NCBI GenBank assembly: GCA_030141605.1
Contig: JAQGDQ010002377.1
Span: 248,001 to 312,000, forward strand
Reading direction: 5' to 3'
Length of the DNA stretch: 64,000 nucleotides
DNA from: Tubiluchus corallicola
Lineage: Eukaryota > Animalia > Priapulida
In this document: piece after piece, positions 13,179 to 25,700 of the stretch
How the letters are laid out: every line of letters begins with the position of its first letter
Position numbering within the stretch: the stretch's first letter is position 1
Made by a program: the position numbers and the translations under genes
The notes under the pieces: model-generated
The model's input: the letters and a program-made list of their open reading frames with translations, nothing else
Databases searched by the model: none
What the model was told of the DNA's origin: nothing

Positions 13179-14265
13179 ATCAAGCAGCCATCGTCAACCT
13201 GCAAAAACGCAACACAATAAATTTCATAACAAATACAACTTGGTAAATGCCACTGTTATCAAAACAATGATGTAATCTGTTGCCATTCAGTAGAGCGCCA
13301 CAATGCACTGCCAGAGAAGCTAAACTGAATAACCTGAATAAGAATAGTAAGAGCTTAAACCTAATATTCCTAATAGCGAAGTCATAATCTATCGGTTTTG
13401 CTGCAATCTAACCGAAAACAATCAATCAACCTTCTCTTACCCTTTATGGTCCACCTGAGCTAAGTCAAATGGACGATACAAGTGGTTTTGGTCACCTGGT
13501 CAACCAAATGGTCGGCCTTAAAGGGTACTAGGACCACTTTATAAAATGAGGTTTAAATTAACGTTCTTAAAGTGAAAGTGTTCAGAGTGTAAGGTACATT
13601 TTCATTAAAATTTATAGCTTCATTATGTTGTAAGTGCTCAGCTATCCCAACTTCCAAATTTCTTACCGTAAAACAGAGTGCATTTTGCCGCCTTAACTTT
13701 GGACTGCGCGCCACCGATTGTGAAAGCGGCATAGAATGTGGATTCGATTTACAAAGATTATGGCAGTTATGAACAAGCGAAAATTTTATCTTTATACCTG
13801 CACTGTACATGTTCTACGGCAAGTGTTAAAATGTCGTGAGCAATAGATATGGCACTAGAGTTTTGACACCATCATACCTCAATAACAATGTTTGGTAGTA
13901 TGTGCTACTCATGCAATTGAACATTTATTCTAAGAAACAAAACATCTATTGAGTAGAATGAAATCTAATTTTTGCACAATTTAAACTTATTCGTTTGAAC
14001 AAACAAAGTAGGCAACTGTAATAAATTTCCAAAGGTATCATGGTGCATAGCATATAATAGCTATTCGAATCTGTTTTTAACTGCTGTAAAAGGCCACACC
14101 TCACAATTACGATTTGAGGCCGAAAATCAACCCAGTAAATCACAGTACCTTTTGATACGAACAGAACAATCTGGCAAAGTGGCCATTAGTGACCACATAC
14201 TATTGCTGAAGGGTATATACTGGTTAAAGACATCAATCAATTTCAGACCTATTATTGCTTGCAAT

Positions 14266-15600
14266 TAGGGTAAGGTTGGACAACATAAGCACCAATTAGT
14301 CGCAATTTTGTATAGCAAAAAACTTCCAAACTGGTATAAAAGTGATGTAATAATAATAATTATTGCAATAATAATAATAATAACATTGGACCAGAAACTG
14401 AATGTAGCACTTTGTACATCTTGAACCACATGACATGCATTCCAGGGATCTCCAGGATCATGACATACAGACAAAATGGGATCGTAGTGAGATAGAAAAC
14501 GGGAACGCACATTAGAAAAAAATGTGAGTGTTTTCCCAAGTGTCTAAAAATATAAGAAGCATTGTCTGAAAAGCATTTCTTCTGCTAGGTTTAGTATTAA
14601 ATCAGGCATCTAAAAACTGTAGAACACAAAACCCACTGAGGAACTTACAGTACTTGCAAACTGTATAGGACTGACAGTAGTCAGTGATGTATTTGAATCT
14701 CTGTATATTGGACATCTCATTATTTATTAAGCAGGAACACCTATTATAGTATGTTTGTAAATACAACAGCCGCCGTTTATTTTGCAACGCGTTTGCTAAG
14801 CTCACTACGGATATTTAATGTCAGTGACATCATCAGGCCAGATGACAATTAAGATGGCGAAAATCAGGCTGCATAGTCGAAGAACTTAACTGTTCTTCTT
14901 GTTAAAACAACAGATAAGTGAATTTAAATTATGCAATATGAATTAATTTAAACCTGACATTACAAATTGACATGAACTTGTCTTCAAATGATATGTTTAG
15001 TTACATTAATAATAATTGGCAACAACCAAACAAGAAACAAAATACTGAAGGCTCCTTTTCCTGTCATCCATCAAAAATACGTTGCCGTGACATGGTACAA
15101 CAGTATTGCCATTTTTGGCTGTCGTCCAGTTTTAGTTAAACCGTGCTCCACCAATCATAAATTAATATTGTTGTGGTACCCATTAAACGTGATTTTCAAT
15201 ATTTTATTAAATACAAGGCCAAGCAATGTCTCCAGCATGACAACAAAAACCAATTTTATTGGAGTGGAAGCCCGAATAACTGAAATTAAAAGAGAAAAAA
15301 TTTCTATTAAAAAACTCTTTTAAAAAGCATCATTTTTCTATTTTAAGAAGAAATTTTCCTTTAGATTGTTCTTTGAGCGACGTTTTTTTAGAAAATCGGT
15401 GCAGACTTAGGAAGGTACCAAATGGGATTTGTTACCTACGTAGGGTTCTTGTACGAGGCGGCTGGTGCATTTACTGCAGGTGGATCTTCTTTCAAGTTCT
15501 TTGTAATAGTCAACATATAAGATATGTGCAAGTTTCCAAGACTTTTTTATTACACATAACACAACATATAACAAAATCGCTGTTACAGTATAAACTAATG
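14266..15600 (-). mobile_element. Highly decayed pogo/Fot1-like DNA transposon remnant (tentative)
   Basis: Terminus TAGGGTAAGGTTGGAC. Minus-strand fragments resemble DDE_1 pieces (WMT, SGF) and a Cys/Trp-rich C-terminal finger. Many stops; second TIR not found. Confidence 0.25.
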
Positions 15601-16499
15601 TAAATGTTCAAAGTAAATTACATTAATACAATAATAAATCAATAAAAGGATTCAATAATACAATAATAGGAGATTCAAGCCAGGTTTCACAGGAATCTTG
15701 AAAGATGGAACAGAGATAAACGTATCGTGGATCAAGTATTTCATAGGGTATTATGGTTACAGGATAGTGAAAAAAGAAGAAAAATTAGGACACAAGGAAA
15801 GGAGAAAATATGACTGGCAACAACATAATTATGTTAAATTCCAGCAATATGTATTATCTTTATTTGCATTTTGTCACATATATGCAGTCACAAACTAAAA
15901 CAAATAATTAATTAATCAGCAATATTGTAATAAATAAACTGCAACAAAAATAATATAGTTAAAACACTAACTACACTACAAATTATAGTATGGGGGGAAA
16001 ATGCTGGACCATTTAAAAGTTTATTTGTATTTGTCTACGATCTTCTTCTTTAATTCTTTCTTAGATTTTGCTAGAGTAGATTGATGCATGACCTATCATA
16101 TCAAAAGTGTGCGCGTGATATGACCATATCAGTAAAACCATACGAGTAAAATTTTCCGAGTTTCGCATAAATTTAGATAAATTTTTCTTTCAAATGCTTG
16201 TTATACACTTCTTGATAAGGGAAATGATGATTGTATTCACTGACAAAGAGGAGAATCAACAAAATTCTAAATGGTTTGGAGACTGAATCAGTAAATTTTA
16301 TGTTAGGTCTCATTCTGAAAAAAAGATGTTAGTACTGGTAGTGATTAATTCTTATAATAATAAATCACTTTAATTGAAATTCAATCGACTAGTTTAAGTA
16401 AGTTGTTTCAATAATTATAACTGATCGTACTTGAATTATGTAACTTAGATCCTGATTCTCTGTATTCTCACAAAAGTCATTTCGAGAATCGCTTAGATA

Positions 16500-17200
16500 C
16501 TGGCAAAATATAACGAAATTCTGGCCCTGGAAAACCATGCGAATTTCCTTTGCGGGACACCGTGCGGAAAATCACTCTACGTATAAACGTTAAATAAACT
16601 TAAAAATTAGTTAAATAAGGCCAGTATAGTAGTATAAAACTTAATAGACAACAGACGAGAAAAAAGCTGGAGTGTTTTCTATGCGGTTTTAAGCTCTATC
16701 GCATAAATTGCTTAGCACTAATAATAAAACACTGCAGTTTGTCAATCACACTCATTCGCATTTTTTAAAGTTAATTGGAGTTTCAGAAACGAAAATATTT
16801 ATCAAAAATATAAAAGTGACAAACGTCAACAACACATTCCAACCTTTCAAATTTGTGACAGCCAACATATCGTTACCTTGTCTCGTTTTCAAACACGACA
16901 GAATTTCCTAAGAGTATTTTTTTTAAACTGAAAAACGTCATTGCAATTTTTCTAATAATTATTCTTCTATTTAAGGCTTTTCTTAGCATTTGCAATAGGA
17001 ACAAAATTGCTACACAACACAAACGCATTCAAGATAGCTTTTTTTCATATTCGCTCTGCGCACTCACATTTGCGCACGTAAGTCGACCAGGCCAATAATA
17101 TTTAGAGATATTGTTGAGAAAATATCGCAAGTGTTTCAGTGGAAATATAAAGTTTATTATTTGCGATTAACGGTTTACGGCAGTTCGAGTAGGACGGCAA
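16500..17200. promoter_or_regulatory. Putative divergent promoter region for the HhH gene (-) and PRPF3 (+)
   Basis: Locally CpG-rich with two TGCGCA palindromes (17057-17076) and a minus-strand donor AAG|GTAACG near 16876. Both first coding exons are preceded by acceptors, so non-coding first exons are required. Confidence 0.35.
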
Positions 17201-18339
17201 TGTGGAAATCATGCCATTAAATAAGCCACTGCTTAGTGGACTTCAACAAATTCCAGCATATGCAAGTGAGGAGAGAATCAGATCCCTGTTTGCAAGGGAG
17301 ATGCATTTGAGAGTCCGAGCCGCTAAGATGAGAGATATGCGGGCTAAGCGTTGAACTGTGCAGACAGAGAGAGTTGAGCTGTTTTTAGCACAGTTTTGGT
17401 TAAGAACACTTTGCAGTTTGTGCTACATACATGCATAGATTTCAGCTAAGTGACGTGCGCTGTAAATAGAGTGTCTATGCAACTTAAACACTAAATATTC
17501 AACATTTCAAGATGGTAATAAACAACTCAAGTTAGTTTATAGCTCGTATGCTGTTCTTGTATGCACTACTCTAAGGTTAGATCATGAGGTTAGAACACTG
17601 AGAAGCTATACGTATTGACTAGGTGTAGTCAATCTATTTTTAACATGTATGTCTCCCTGTGATAGCATATTTGCATTCTTCTTCAATAAAGTTTCTCCCT
17701 GTATTTAAGCCAGCTGTTTGGTGGCACACAGTGAGATTGTCTACCCTATACATCCAATATCACCAGCTGTAAACAATTGCAATCAGCAATGAGAAATAAA
17801 GGTCATTTCATCTTTTAACAGGAATTTCTCCTTAAAAATAGAGCAGAGTTGAGGCCAACGTGCGTTAGAATACTGTGTCTGGATAGTTGAAATTTTTTGC
17901 ATTAACGGATTTTGCACAAGTGATAGTGCTACAGTGCAAACTATGCATTTACTGAAAGCTTTTTACAGTGTTTTCATCAAAAATGGATTTTAAATTTGTC
18001 TAAGGTAAGCAAACACATTTCATATAATTTTGCAAGAAAATCTATTGTGTGCAGAATAGAAGCCAACAAACATGATCAAATATAACATAATCGCTGCTTG
18101 GTGAGAGCATTTTTTTCATGAAGCATGCAAAATGCAACACCCACTTATGGTCCTGAAGAAGCTAAAGTAGAGAATTTACGACAAAAATATTTCACAATAA
18201 TTATTAAGATATGCACAAATGAAGCACAAGCAGCAAAGGTTAAACGAAGAATTGAATATTACAATATTTTTATGGAAAATCTGAATTGCAAAACAGTTAC
18301 AATAGTTTAAAAGAAAGTTGTAGAGAATCCAAAACACAA

Positions 18340-18650
18340 GGATTTAAGTCCCAAACAAATGCCTCTGCCCAGATTAGGCTCAGAAAACGTTTCGGCTAGC
18401 TGCTGCTGCCATCATCAGTGGTGGATTTACAAACATTCAATAGGCAGAGCTTATTATGTACTAATTAAACTGTTAACAGGAGACAAATAGATGATGAATA
18501 ATAGACCAGTAAAGAAATTGATACAGCAGCTTAAAGACTAATCATGTAATTAATTACTAATAGACACACTAACAAACAGCTAAGTGTTTGAAAATGGAGT
18601 TAAAGGAATTGAACTGCTTTTAAATGTTAAGAAAAGGCTTATTAGGCTAC
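18340..18650 (-). mobile_element. Penelope-like retroelement 3' remnant with hammerhead core
   Basis: Minus strand encodes an NKPFLN..SSIPL-like end of a GIY-YIG ORF followed by CUGAUGA-uGGC...GCC-GAAACGUU. Homologous to 54410-54840. Confidence 0.65.
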
Positions 18651-18672
18651 TACCTGCCTATCGAGTGTAGGA

Positions 18673-19850
18673 TAGGAGTGAGCATCGAACGTTTGAATTT
18701 GACTCGAACGAGTTTTTTTAGGTCGAATTTGATTCAAACCTTCAATCATCAATTTGAATAATTCGTGACTTCAGCTACATATGTTCTTTATCATTTAAAT
18801 GTTTGAGAAAGCATGCAATTAGCACAATTTAGCTGCGTTTTCTGTGCGAAATTTTTAACAATCTAATAGAGCGGTTTTACTGCAGAACAAAATACAGTTC
18901 TATGCACGATCTTTGTAAGACCACTTTTTACTAGTTCAAAAATCTTTTAAAGTGTATTTGAATTTAATTTGGATTTGAAATACTGAAATTTGGTTCAACT
19001 AGAATTCGAAAGTCACAAATTCGATTCGACACAAATTTGCTTTCTAGTTGAGAATGCTCTAATGTTGGGGAGAGCATCAAATGTTCAAATTCGATTCGAA
19101 CGAGTTTTTTTTAATTTGAATTCGATTCAAACCTAAAATTATAGATTTGAATAATTGAGCACTTCAGCCATACACATTCTTTATCATTAAAACACTTGAA
19201 ACATCATACAATTAGCACAATTTAGTAGTGATTCCTGTGCACATTTTTAATTAATTTTACATTTTTTAATTAATTATTAGCGGTTTTATTGCAGAACAAA
19301 ATTGAGTAATTTGCATGATCTTTGTAAGATCGCTGTTTACTGGTGGCTCGAAAATCTTTCAAACACAATTCGAATTTGAAATGCTAAAGTTTCGGTTCGA
19401 TTCGAAAGTCACAAATTCGATTCGAATTCGCTTTCTGGTAGGGGGTGAGCATCGAACATTCGAATCGAATTCGAACGCTCGAATTCGATTCGAACGAGTT
19501 TTTTAGTTCGAACTCGATTCGAATCCAAAACTATAGATTTTAATAATTCAGCACTTCAATCACATTTCTTCCTGATCCTTAAAACGATTGAAACGTCATG
19601 CAATTAGCATAATTTAGCTGTGATTTCTGTGCACAACTTTAAACAAATTACTAGTCGTTTTATTGCAGAACAAAATCTAGTGATATGCATGCATAATTTT
19701 TGTAAGACTAATTTTTACTGGTGGTTCCGGAAACTTGTTCGAAAATCGTTCAATCTCAATTCGAATTCGAAAGTCACAAATTCGGTTCGATTCGAATTCG
19801 CTTTCTGGTAGAGAATGCTCATCCCTACTTTCTGATAGAGATTGCTCACC
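18673..19850. mobile_element. Cluster of three ~390-bp hAT-like MITEs rich in TTCGAA/GAATTC palindromes; the third is nested in the end of the second
   Basis: Copies at 18673-19061, 19066-19438 plus 19836-19850, and 19439-19827. TIRs TAGGGGGTGAGCAT / ATGCTCATCCCTA. Copy 3 is flanked by the 8-bp duplication CTTTCTGG / CTTTCTGA. Confidence 0.85.
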
Positions 19851-20375
19851 TGTTGAGTGTTGACATGATCTTTAGTGTGGCGTGTGCACAATTCATTGTG
19901 TGTACAGATGCTTGACTAATAACAAAAACGATGCTGCAATTACATTCGCAATTATAAGTATATTGGCAACGCTACTGTTGTGCGCCCTGGTGGTGAATCT
20001 GGTGATTTAGGCATGAACGTAAACGTAACGTTTTTGAATTTTTGTTAACAGTTTATAAAAGTTAAATTACCGTTACCGTCGAAGGATAGAGGTTAAGCAT
20101 AAGCAGCTTATGGACCTCTCCACTCTTCCTTGTTTACTTTATTAAAATAAAAATTAACAAAATTTGTGGCCACACTGCGATCATGAAGTATAGCACAAGA
20201 TTTCCTGAGTGTTGCCATTGTGGCAATCTGGGATCTTTATATTTTTCTGGATTGCATTTCTAGTGTCTATCAAGACGAATCTTAAACTGGGCAGGATTGG
20301 AGGCTTGAACTACAGCGTCAAGCAACATGTTCCACTCATTAATTACTCCCTTTGCAAATGTGAACCTCCTGTTAT

Positions 20376-21281
20376 GAGTCGAGTGGAGCCAAGTAGACCA
20401 ATTGGTCTACTAGGGCTGCCCAAGTAGGACACTAGAGACAGGTCGCGAATTGAGTCGTTAACTGTACTGACACCGTCCGTTGTGCTTGTTTATGTAATAA
20501 TAATAATTAAAAACGTTAGTACACGTTGAATAATTTGTTATACATCTAATAAAATAAAAGAATTTTATTCTGAGCTGGTAGAACGGACAATATTAAATTT
20601 GGTTTCGATATTAATGTTGTTGAAGTGAAAAAAACCACTTTTTTGCGAATTCAACATTTGTTTAAGGTATATCATTTTTGATTTTGTCGCACTTCACAAA
20701 CAGGTGATCCGTTTCACTACCTCTTGGGCAAATAATTGTTTTCTTATAAGTAAACGTTCTAGCGATCTATGTGTCCTGCATGGGCTAGCGAGCCATGTAG
20801 GACAGTGCCCTACATGTTACAATATTACTGATAATATTAAAACTAATTATCCTTGCTTTTCTTAAATGTTAAAAATTACTTTTTTGTGTTGTGAAGGCTT
20901 AGCAGCATCTGTCTCATTTTTAAATTTGCAATTATTTCTGTAATAACTGTGTGCAGAATTTCTCTCTTCAAAGCATTAGATACTAGGTTTAATGTTATGA
21001 TATATTAATGGAGTTAATCATAATGATGAAATTATTGTAAGAAATGCATTTGTAAATTGCCAAGGAATATCCGTTTCTAAAAGAAATTTTGTTTTATGCT
21101 TTATTATGTCATAACAATACTTATAAACAATGGTAATATAAACTGGAAACAAGATTTGCCAGAGCAAGTTTCTCGACAAAAATCGCTAGTGTCCTACTTG
21201 GGCTGCCCATGTAGGACACTACTTTTAGCGCATCGGTTTTACCGGAAGTGGTCTACTTGGCTCAGTGGTCCACTCGGCTCC
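20376..21281. mobile_element. MITE-like element with long imperfect terminal inverted repeats
   Basis: GAGTCGAGTGGAGCCAAGTAGACCA...CCCAAGTAGGACACTAG at the left is mirrored by CTAGTGTCCTACTTGGG...TGGTCTACTTGGCTC..TCCACTCGGCTC at the right. Confidence 0.7.
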
Positions 21282-21829
21282 CTACACCTCCTACTCCACC
21301 TTTGGGGAACTGTTCTCTGGATTTTGTAGGACTTGATGCCAAAAGTTTGAAAGTGCTTTTACTAGTCATGAATCAAATATGGTAGGCTATCTGGTGAGTG
21401 CTATAAATTCCCCCAGTGACGCTCAGAACAGTTCCCATTGACTGAAATGGATACGCTTCAATGATTAGTAAGAGCATTTAGAGAAATTATGGAATTAAGA
21501 GAAAACGTGTTACAACTAAATGTAATGAGTGCGAAGGATGACACTCCTATGCGGAACTAGGAACGACCATATAATGATAGAAGAAAATAATCTGCTCTTG
21601 CACATTTAATAGGTTGTGCTGATATTGGAAAAGGTGAAGAGGAGCCAGTGAACCGCCGCCGCCCATAAATTGGCGCGTTTCCTGCATATTTATGGATTTT
21701 TGAAACTGCTTTCTAGCAACTAAAAATAAAATTGAGAATTTTGTTCTATGAAATATACTAATTCCTTGTTTAAAATATAGTTAATCCTTTGAAACATAAT
21801 CTTTGTTTACATCCACTTACTAAAAACTG

Positions 21830-22350
21830 TTAGAGGGAAAGTCAACTGACTTCATTGATAGCTGTTGTTATGGTATATGGGCTACTTGATGACCTACCTA
21901 ATGATTGAAAGAGATAATAATCAACTCTAAGTACAAAGGTGGGAGATCTAAAGGAGAATTAACAGATTTTTAACCTCTGTTATTAGGAAATTATTTGAAA
22001 AAAATCTTTATGAAAAGTAACGTTGAAATATTAGAGAGTAACATTTGCAATTTACCGGGGGGGGGGGGGGGACATAGAAACAGAGGTACATAAGAAACGG
22101 TTTCACATTCACAGTATTAGATTATAACAGTGGGATATTAAATCTAACATTGGACTAGAGTATAATGGAGATGAAAACTGAATTGTATAATTTATTATGA
22201 GATGTAGGAAAATGTTTTTATCGGTTATCATTAAGGGATTGTGGTAATTAAGTGTTGACTCGTGTGATTCCTTTTTAATGTACAAATTAAATAGTGAAGC
22301 CAAGACCATTATTAATAAGCTTATTGGAAGCAACACTCCCAAGTGTAATT
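21830..22350 (+). mobile_element. Decayed non-LTR retrotransposon reverse-transcriptase fragment
   Basis: Broken frames give DVGKCFYRLSLRDC and LMYKLNSEAKTII, resembling the D..KCFD.L...DC region of LINE RTs. Interrupted by stops and a G15 run. Confidence 0.45.
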
Positions 22351-22704
22351 AAGTTGTAAGAAAACTTTTAAGAAGTTTTTGGTAGAACATTTTAAGAAGA
22401 CCTTTTAATTAATGTCTTTTAATTCTGTAAGATTAAATAATTATATTCTTCTGGTTGCTTTCTGCTAGTAATTCTGACAAAATGTCTAGTGAAGTAATCA
22501 CTCTTCAATTGATTTAGCCAAAATGTTTGAAGATTCTAAAATAAATTTGTGTGCATTCTTTCAGATGTAATAAGACATGACACTCATGGATACTTATGTA
22601 TAAAGTCCTGAGATTTATTGACTTATCCAGACAAAGGATTCTAGTTTCGGGAATAAAGCTTTAGTGGTAGCTCATTTTATTTTTCCTCAAATACAGCTGT
22701 CATC

Positions 22705-25700
22705 ATGTCTCTGTCTAAGAGTGAGGTGGAAGCAGCACGACCAAAGATTGAAAAAGTTGTGTACAAGTTTTTAGGTTATAGTGAACCGCATTTAGAGTCG
22801 GCTTCCGTCAATTGCTATCAAAAACAGTATGAGAAGAAGAAAATGGTACGCAAGCTGGCTCGTTACCTGGATGAGAAGAAAGCAGAGAAATTGTCTGAAA
22901 AACTTTTGCGAGCTTTTAAGGATATTCAAGACCAAGCTTTTGATTTGGGAAAGGCAAGTAACAATATTTTAGTTCTTCATTTTTTTTCCAAATTGTGCTG
23001 TGTTGTTTAATATTTTAAAATTCTATGAAATTCATTTCTCTCTTGTGATTAGTTTGGAAATTAACTCATCCAACTAATCATGTTTTGCACCACTTGTTTT
23101 AAACCACATGTAATATACAGAAACTGCTGCTCGCCTTGACAATAACTAAATGGGGCATGAATTGTGTCAATGTTGATAATGTGTTAAGCACACTGAATTA
23201 CATAAAAGATGATTTATTTTGCCTAAAGTGTTTTGAATATTGTTTGCTTATTAGAAAATTACCAACTTTTAATAATTGTATATTGATTAACAGCCATTTT
23301 CGTCAATTTTTTTCTCGAAAAAATTGTTTGATTTGTGATTGGGAAGAGTAAATTTTAGCAGGGTCTAACTCACTAATGTTAAAAATTAGTGATCTGTCAA
23401 TTTTTTCTGCATGTATGGCCTGTACATGTACTGTGCATGTACTACCTGCAATTGTTTTTGAAATCTAAAACTACAACATTCGTTAACAAAGTTGTCTTCT
23501 TTTACAAAATCTTTGTGTTAAGATTCATTTTTGATTTTATCTTAATAGTGCACTGACATTTCAAAAAGCTAGTTTTCTTGCACTATAGTAAAACTAGCTA
23601 ATTAGATAAGCTGATACATTAAGTAAAAATAAAGACCTTGGGTAAATAATTCAGACGTGAATGTTGGAGACAGTTCTTTTTCTGTGATGATGGCGTACTT
23701 ACTGCACATATGAAGTTTTATTTGCTTATTTTCATTCAGGTGAAACAAGAGTCAACTGACGAAGAAAAAGCCAGCAAACGACGACGATTTGATGATGAGG
23801 ATGATCGTAGGAAAGACAGAAAAGAAGACGGCAAACGAGATAGAGATTCAAGTAGCAGGAAGAGGTTTTTGTGAAAAATAGCTATTCATATTTGCAGACT
23901 TCGTCGTGTCTCTTAGTTTTAATAGCTGAATGGTCGCTGTTCGTGGTTAGAGCTTTAAGTTAAGCGAACCAAGCTTGGTTAGTAAGGAGATGGGTGTTTG
24001 TCCGGAGAATTGTTTACGAGTGGTCCTGCCACTACGAGCTACTTTAAGTAGACGTTGCTATTGAGCATTGAATGTTGTCTTGGAGAGTGAGTACTTTTGA
24101 TAATTTCAGTAATGCTTTAAGGTCTATGTAATTTGCTTTTGCAGGTACAGTGAAGAAATTAATGGCAGCCGGGAGGAGGCAAAACGACCAAAAAGAGACG
24201 ACAAGAAGGAGAAACCAAAAACTAAACCAGTGTGCAAAATTAATATTCATTATTTCAAAATTAACAATCAATTTATGGATGCTGTCTCTTTGCTAAGTAG
24301 TCATTAAAAATAATAGCAAAATACTATTACCTGACATAGGCAGCTACTGAACAATTAACCAGATGCCTTTATAGCGCATGAATGTGCTTAGCAATATTTA
24401 ATAGTTAAGTATATATTGGCATATATACTTGCCTTTTGGTAAGAAGTTCATAGATGGATGAGAAACTTGGAGAATAATTGTTATTACGTAATTTTTAAAC
24501 ATGGTCGTGTTTCTTTAGTATGTTCTGAACTGTTTTTTTTCCATACACATACTATAATAGTAATTGAGACTGAGAATGTTAATATAAATAATTCTCTAAA
24601 AATTTGAAAATCATGCTTTGACCCTGCCAGTTTTGGTTGTCAGCAACTCATTCCTGGGTTCCTTTGCAATTTTAAGTAGGTATGTCGAAGAACAGAAGTG
24701 TAGTTTCAAAGCAAATTTAATTTGTATAGCAATTACTGCTATGCAATTCTTGTAATAAATTATGTCCTGAAAAAATTAGTGGCGTCAAATCGACAGTTGT
24801 CAAGGGAGCAGCATTATCTTATGCGTGGAAATCAGACACCATGGAAGCATACAGTATTAACTGATTAAGTATATTTTTAAAATTCAAGTAAGTCTATTTC
24901 AGTCTTGCAGAACATTTGCGTAATAATAGTACAATGTATATTGTGTGGGCCTAGTTTTGCACAACATAGGCCCACATTTTAAAAAGTTGTGGCGTCCTTG
25001 ACTCCTCTGACAGTAGCACAGAAGAACCACTGCTGAATAATCTGTAAAAACTGTCCCACTAATTTGTTTACTCAATTGATTTGTTGCTGCAAGTCTAGCC
25101 AAGCAAATTATTGATTAAAGTCCTAGATATCTTGATGTTGCTACTTTGCTCGCATTTATGTTACAGACCTGTTACTGTTAGCATTTAATGGCTCACTGGA
25201 ACTGATTTGACACGTTGCAATATACCGATTTATTTCGAGATATTATTGAATGAATGGGAAACTTGTTCTGTAATCAAGTACATGTATCTTAAAAAATCTG
25301 AAAATTCATTTTCTGGGTGATACTTTATTTATTCAACAATTTCCTACATGCACATATGCACATAATTTCCAAATGGATAATCAAATTTTCTATTGTGATT
25401 AATCGTTGAACAGAGTTAGTAATTGTCGTTTGGTTTGATTATGGTAGGAAACGCAGGAAGATGGTCCTATTCCTGGTCCAGATCCGAATAAACCGAGTCC
25501 AGGGATGCTTACAGCAATACAAATTCAGGATATGATGGCAAATGCACAGAGAATGATAGAAGAACGAAAGAAACAGTTAAATTTAATAGTAAGTAAGCCT
25601 TTAATTCTTTAAAGTATTATATCAAATAAACTTATTTAAAGTCATGAATTATCAAATTATGAGGAAAAGAATTCACAAGTTTTTCTTGCACATTCGAGTT

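Noticed and set aside
13522-14151. Kolobok-like element (TTAA|AGGGTACT...AGTACCTT)
   Set aside because: Very short terminal match and no intact TTAA on the right; insufficient support.
17201-17774. Possible solo LTR (TG...CA, internal AATAAA)
   Set aside because: No target-site duplication, second copy, PBS or PPT visible.
18673-19850. Repeated TTCGAA palindromes as a CRISPR-like array
   Set aside because: No constant repeat with unique spacers; explained by three MITE copies with TIRs and a TSD in a eukaryotic genome.
23918-24040. Functional 5S rRNA or tRNA gene
   Set aside because: Only the internal promoter-like part resembles 5S; no cloverleaf or full 5S structure. Treated as a SINE.
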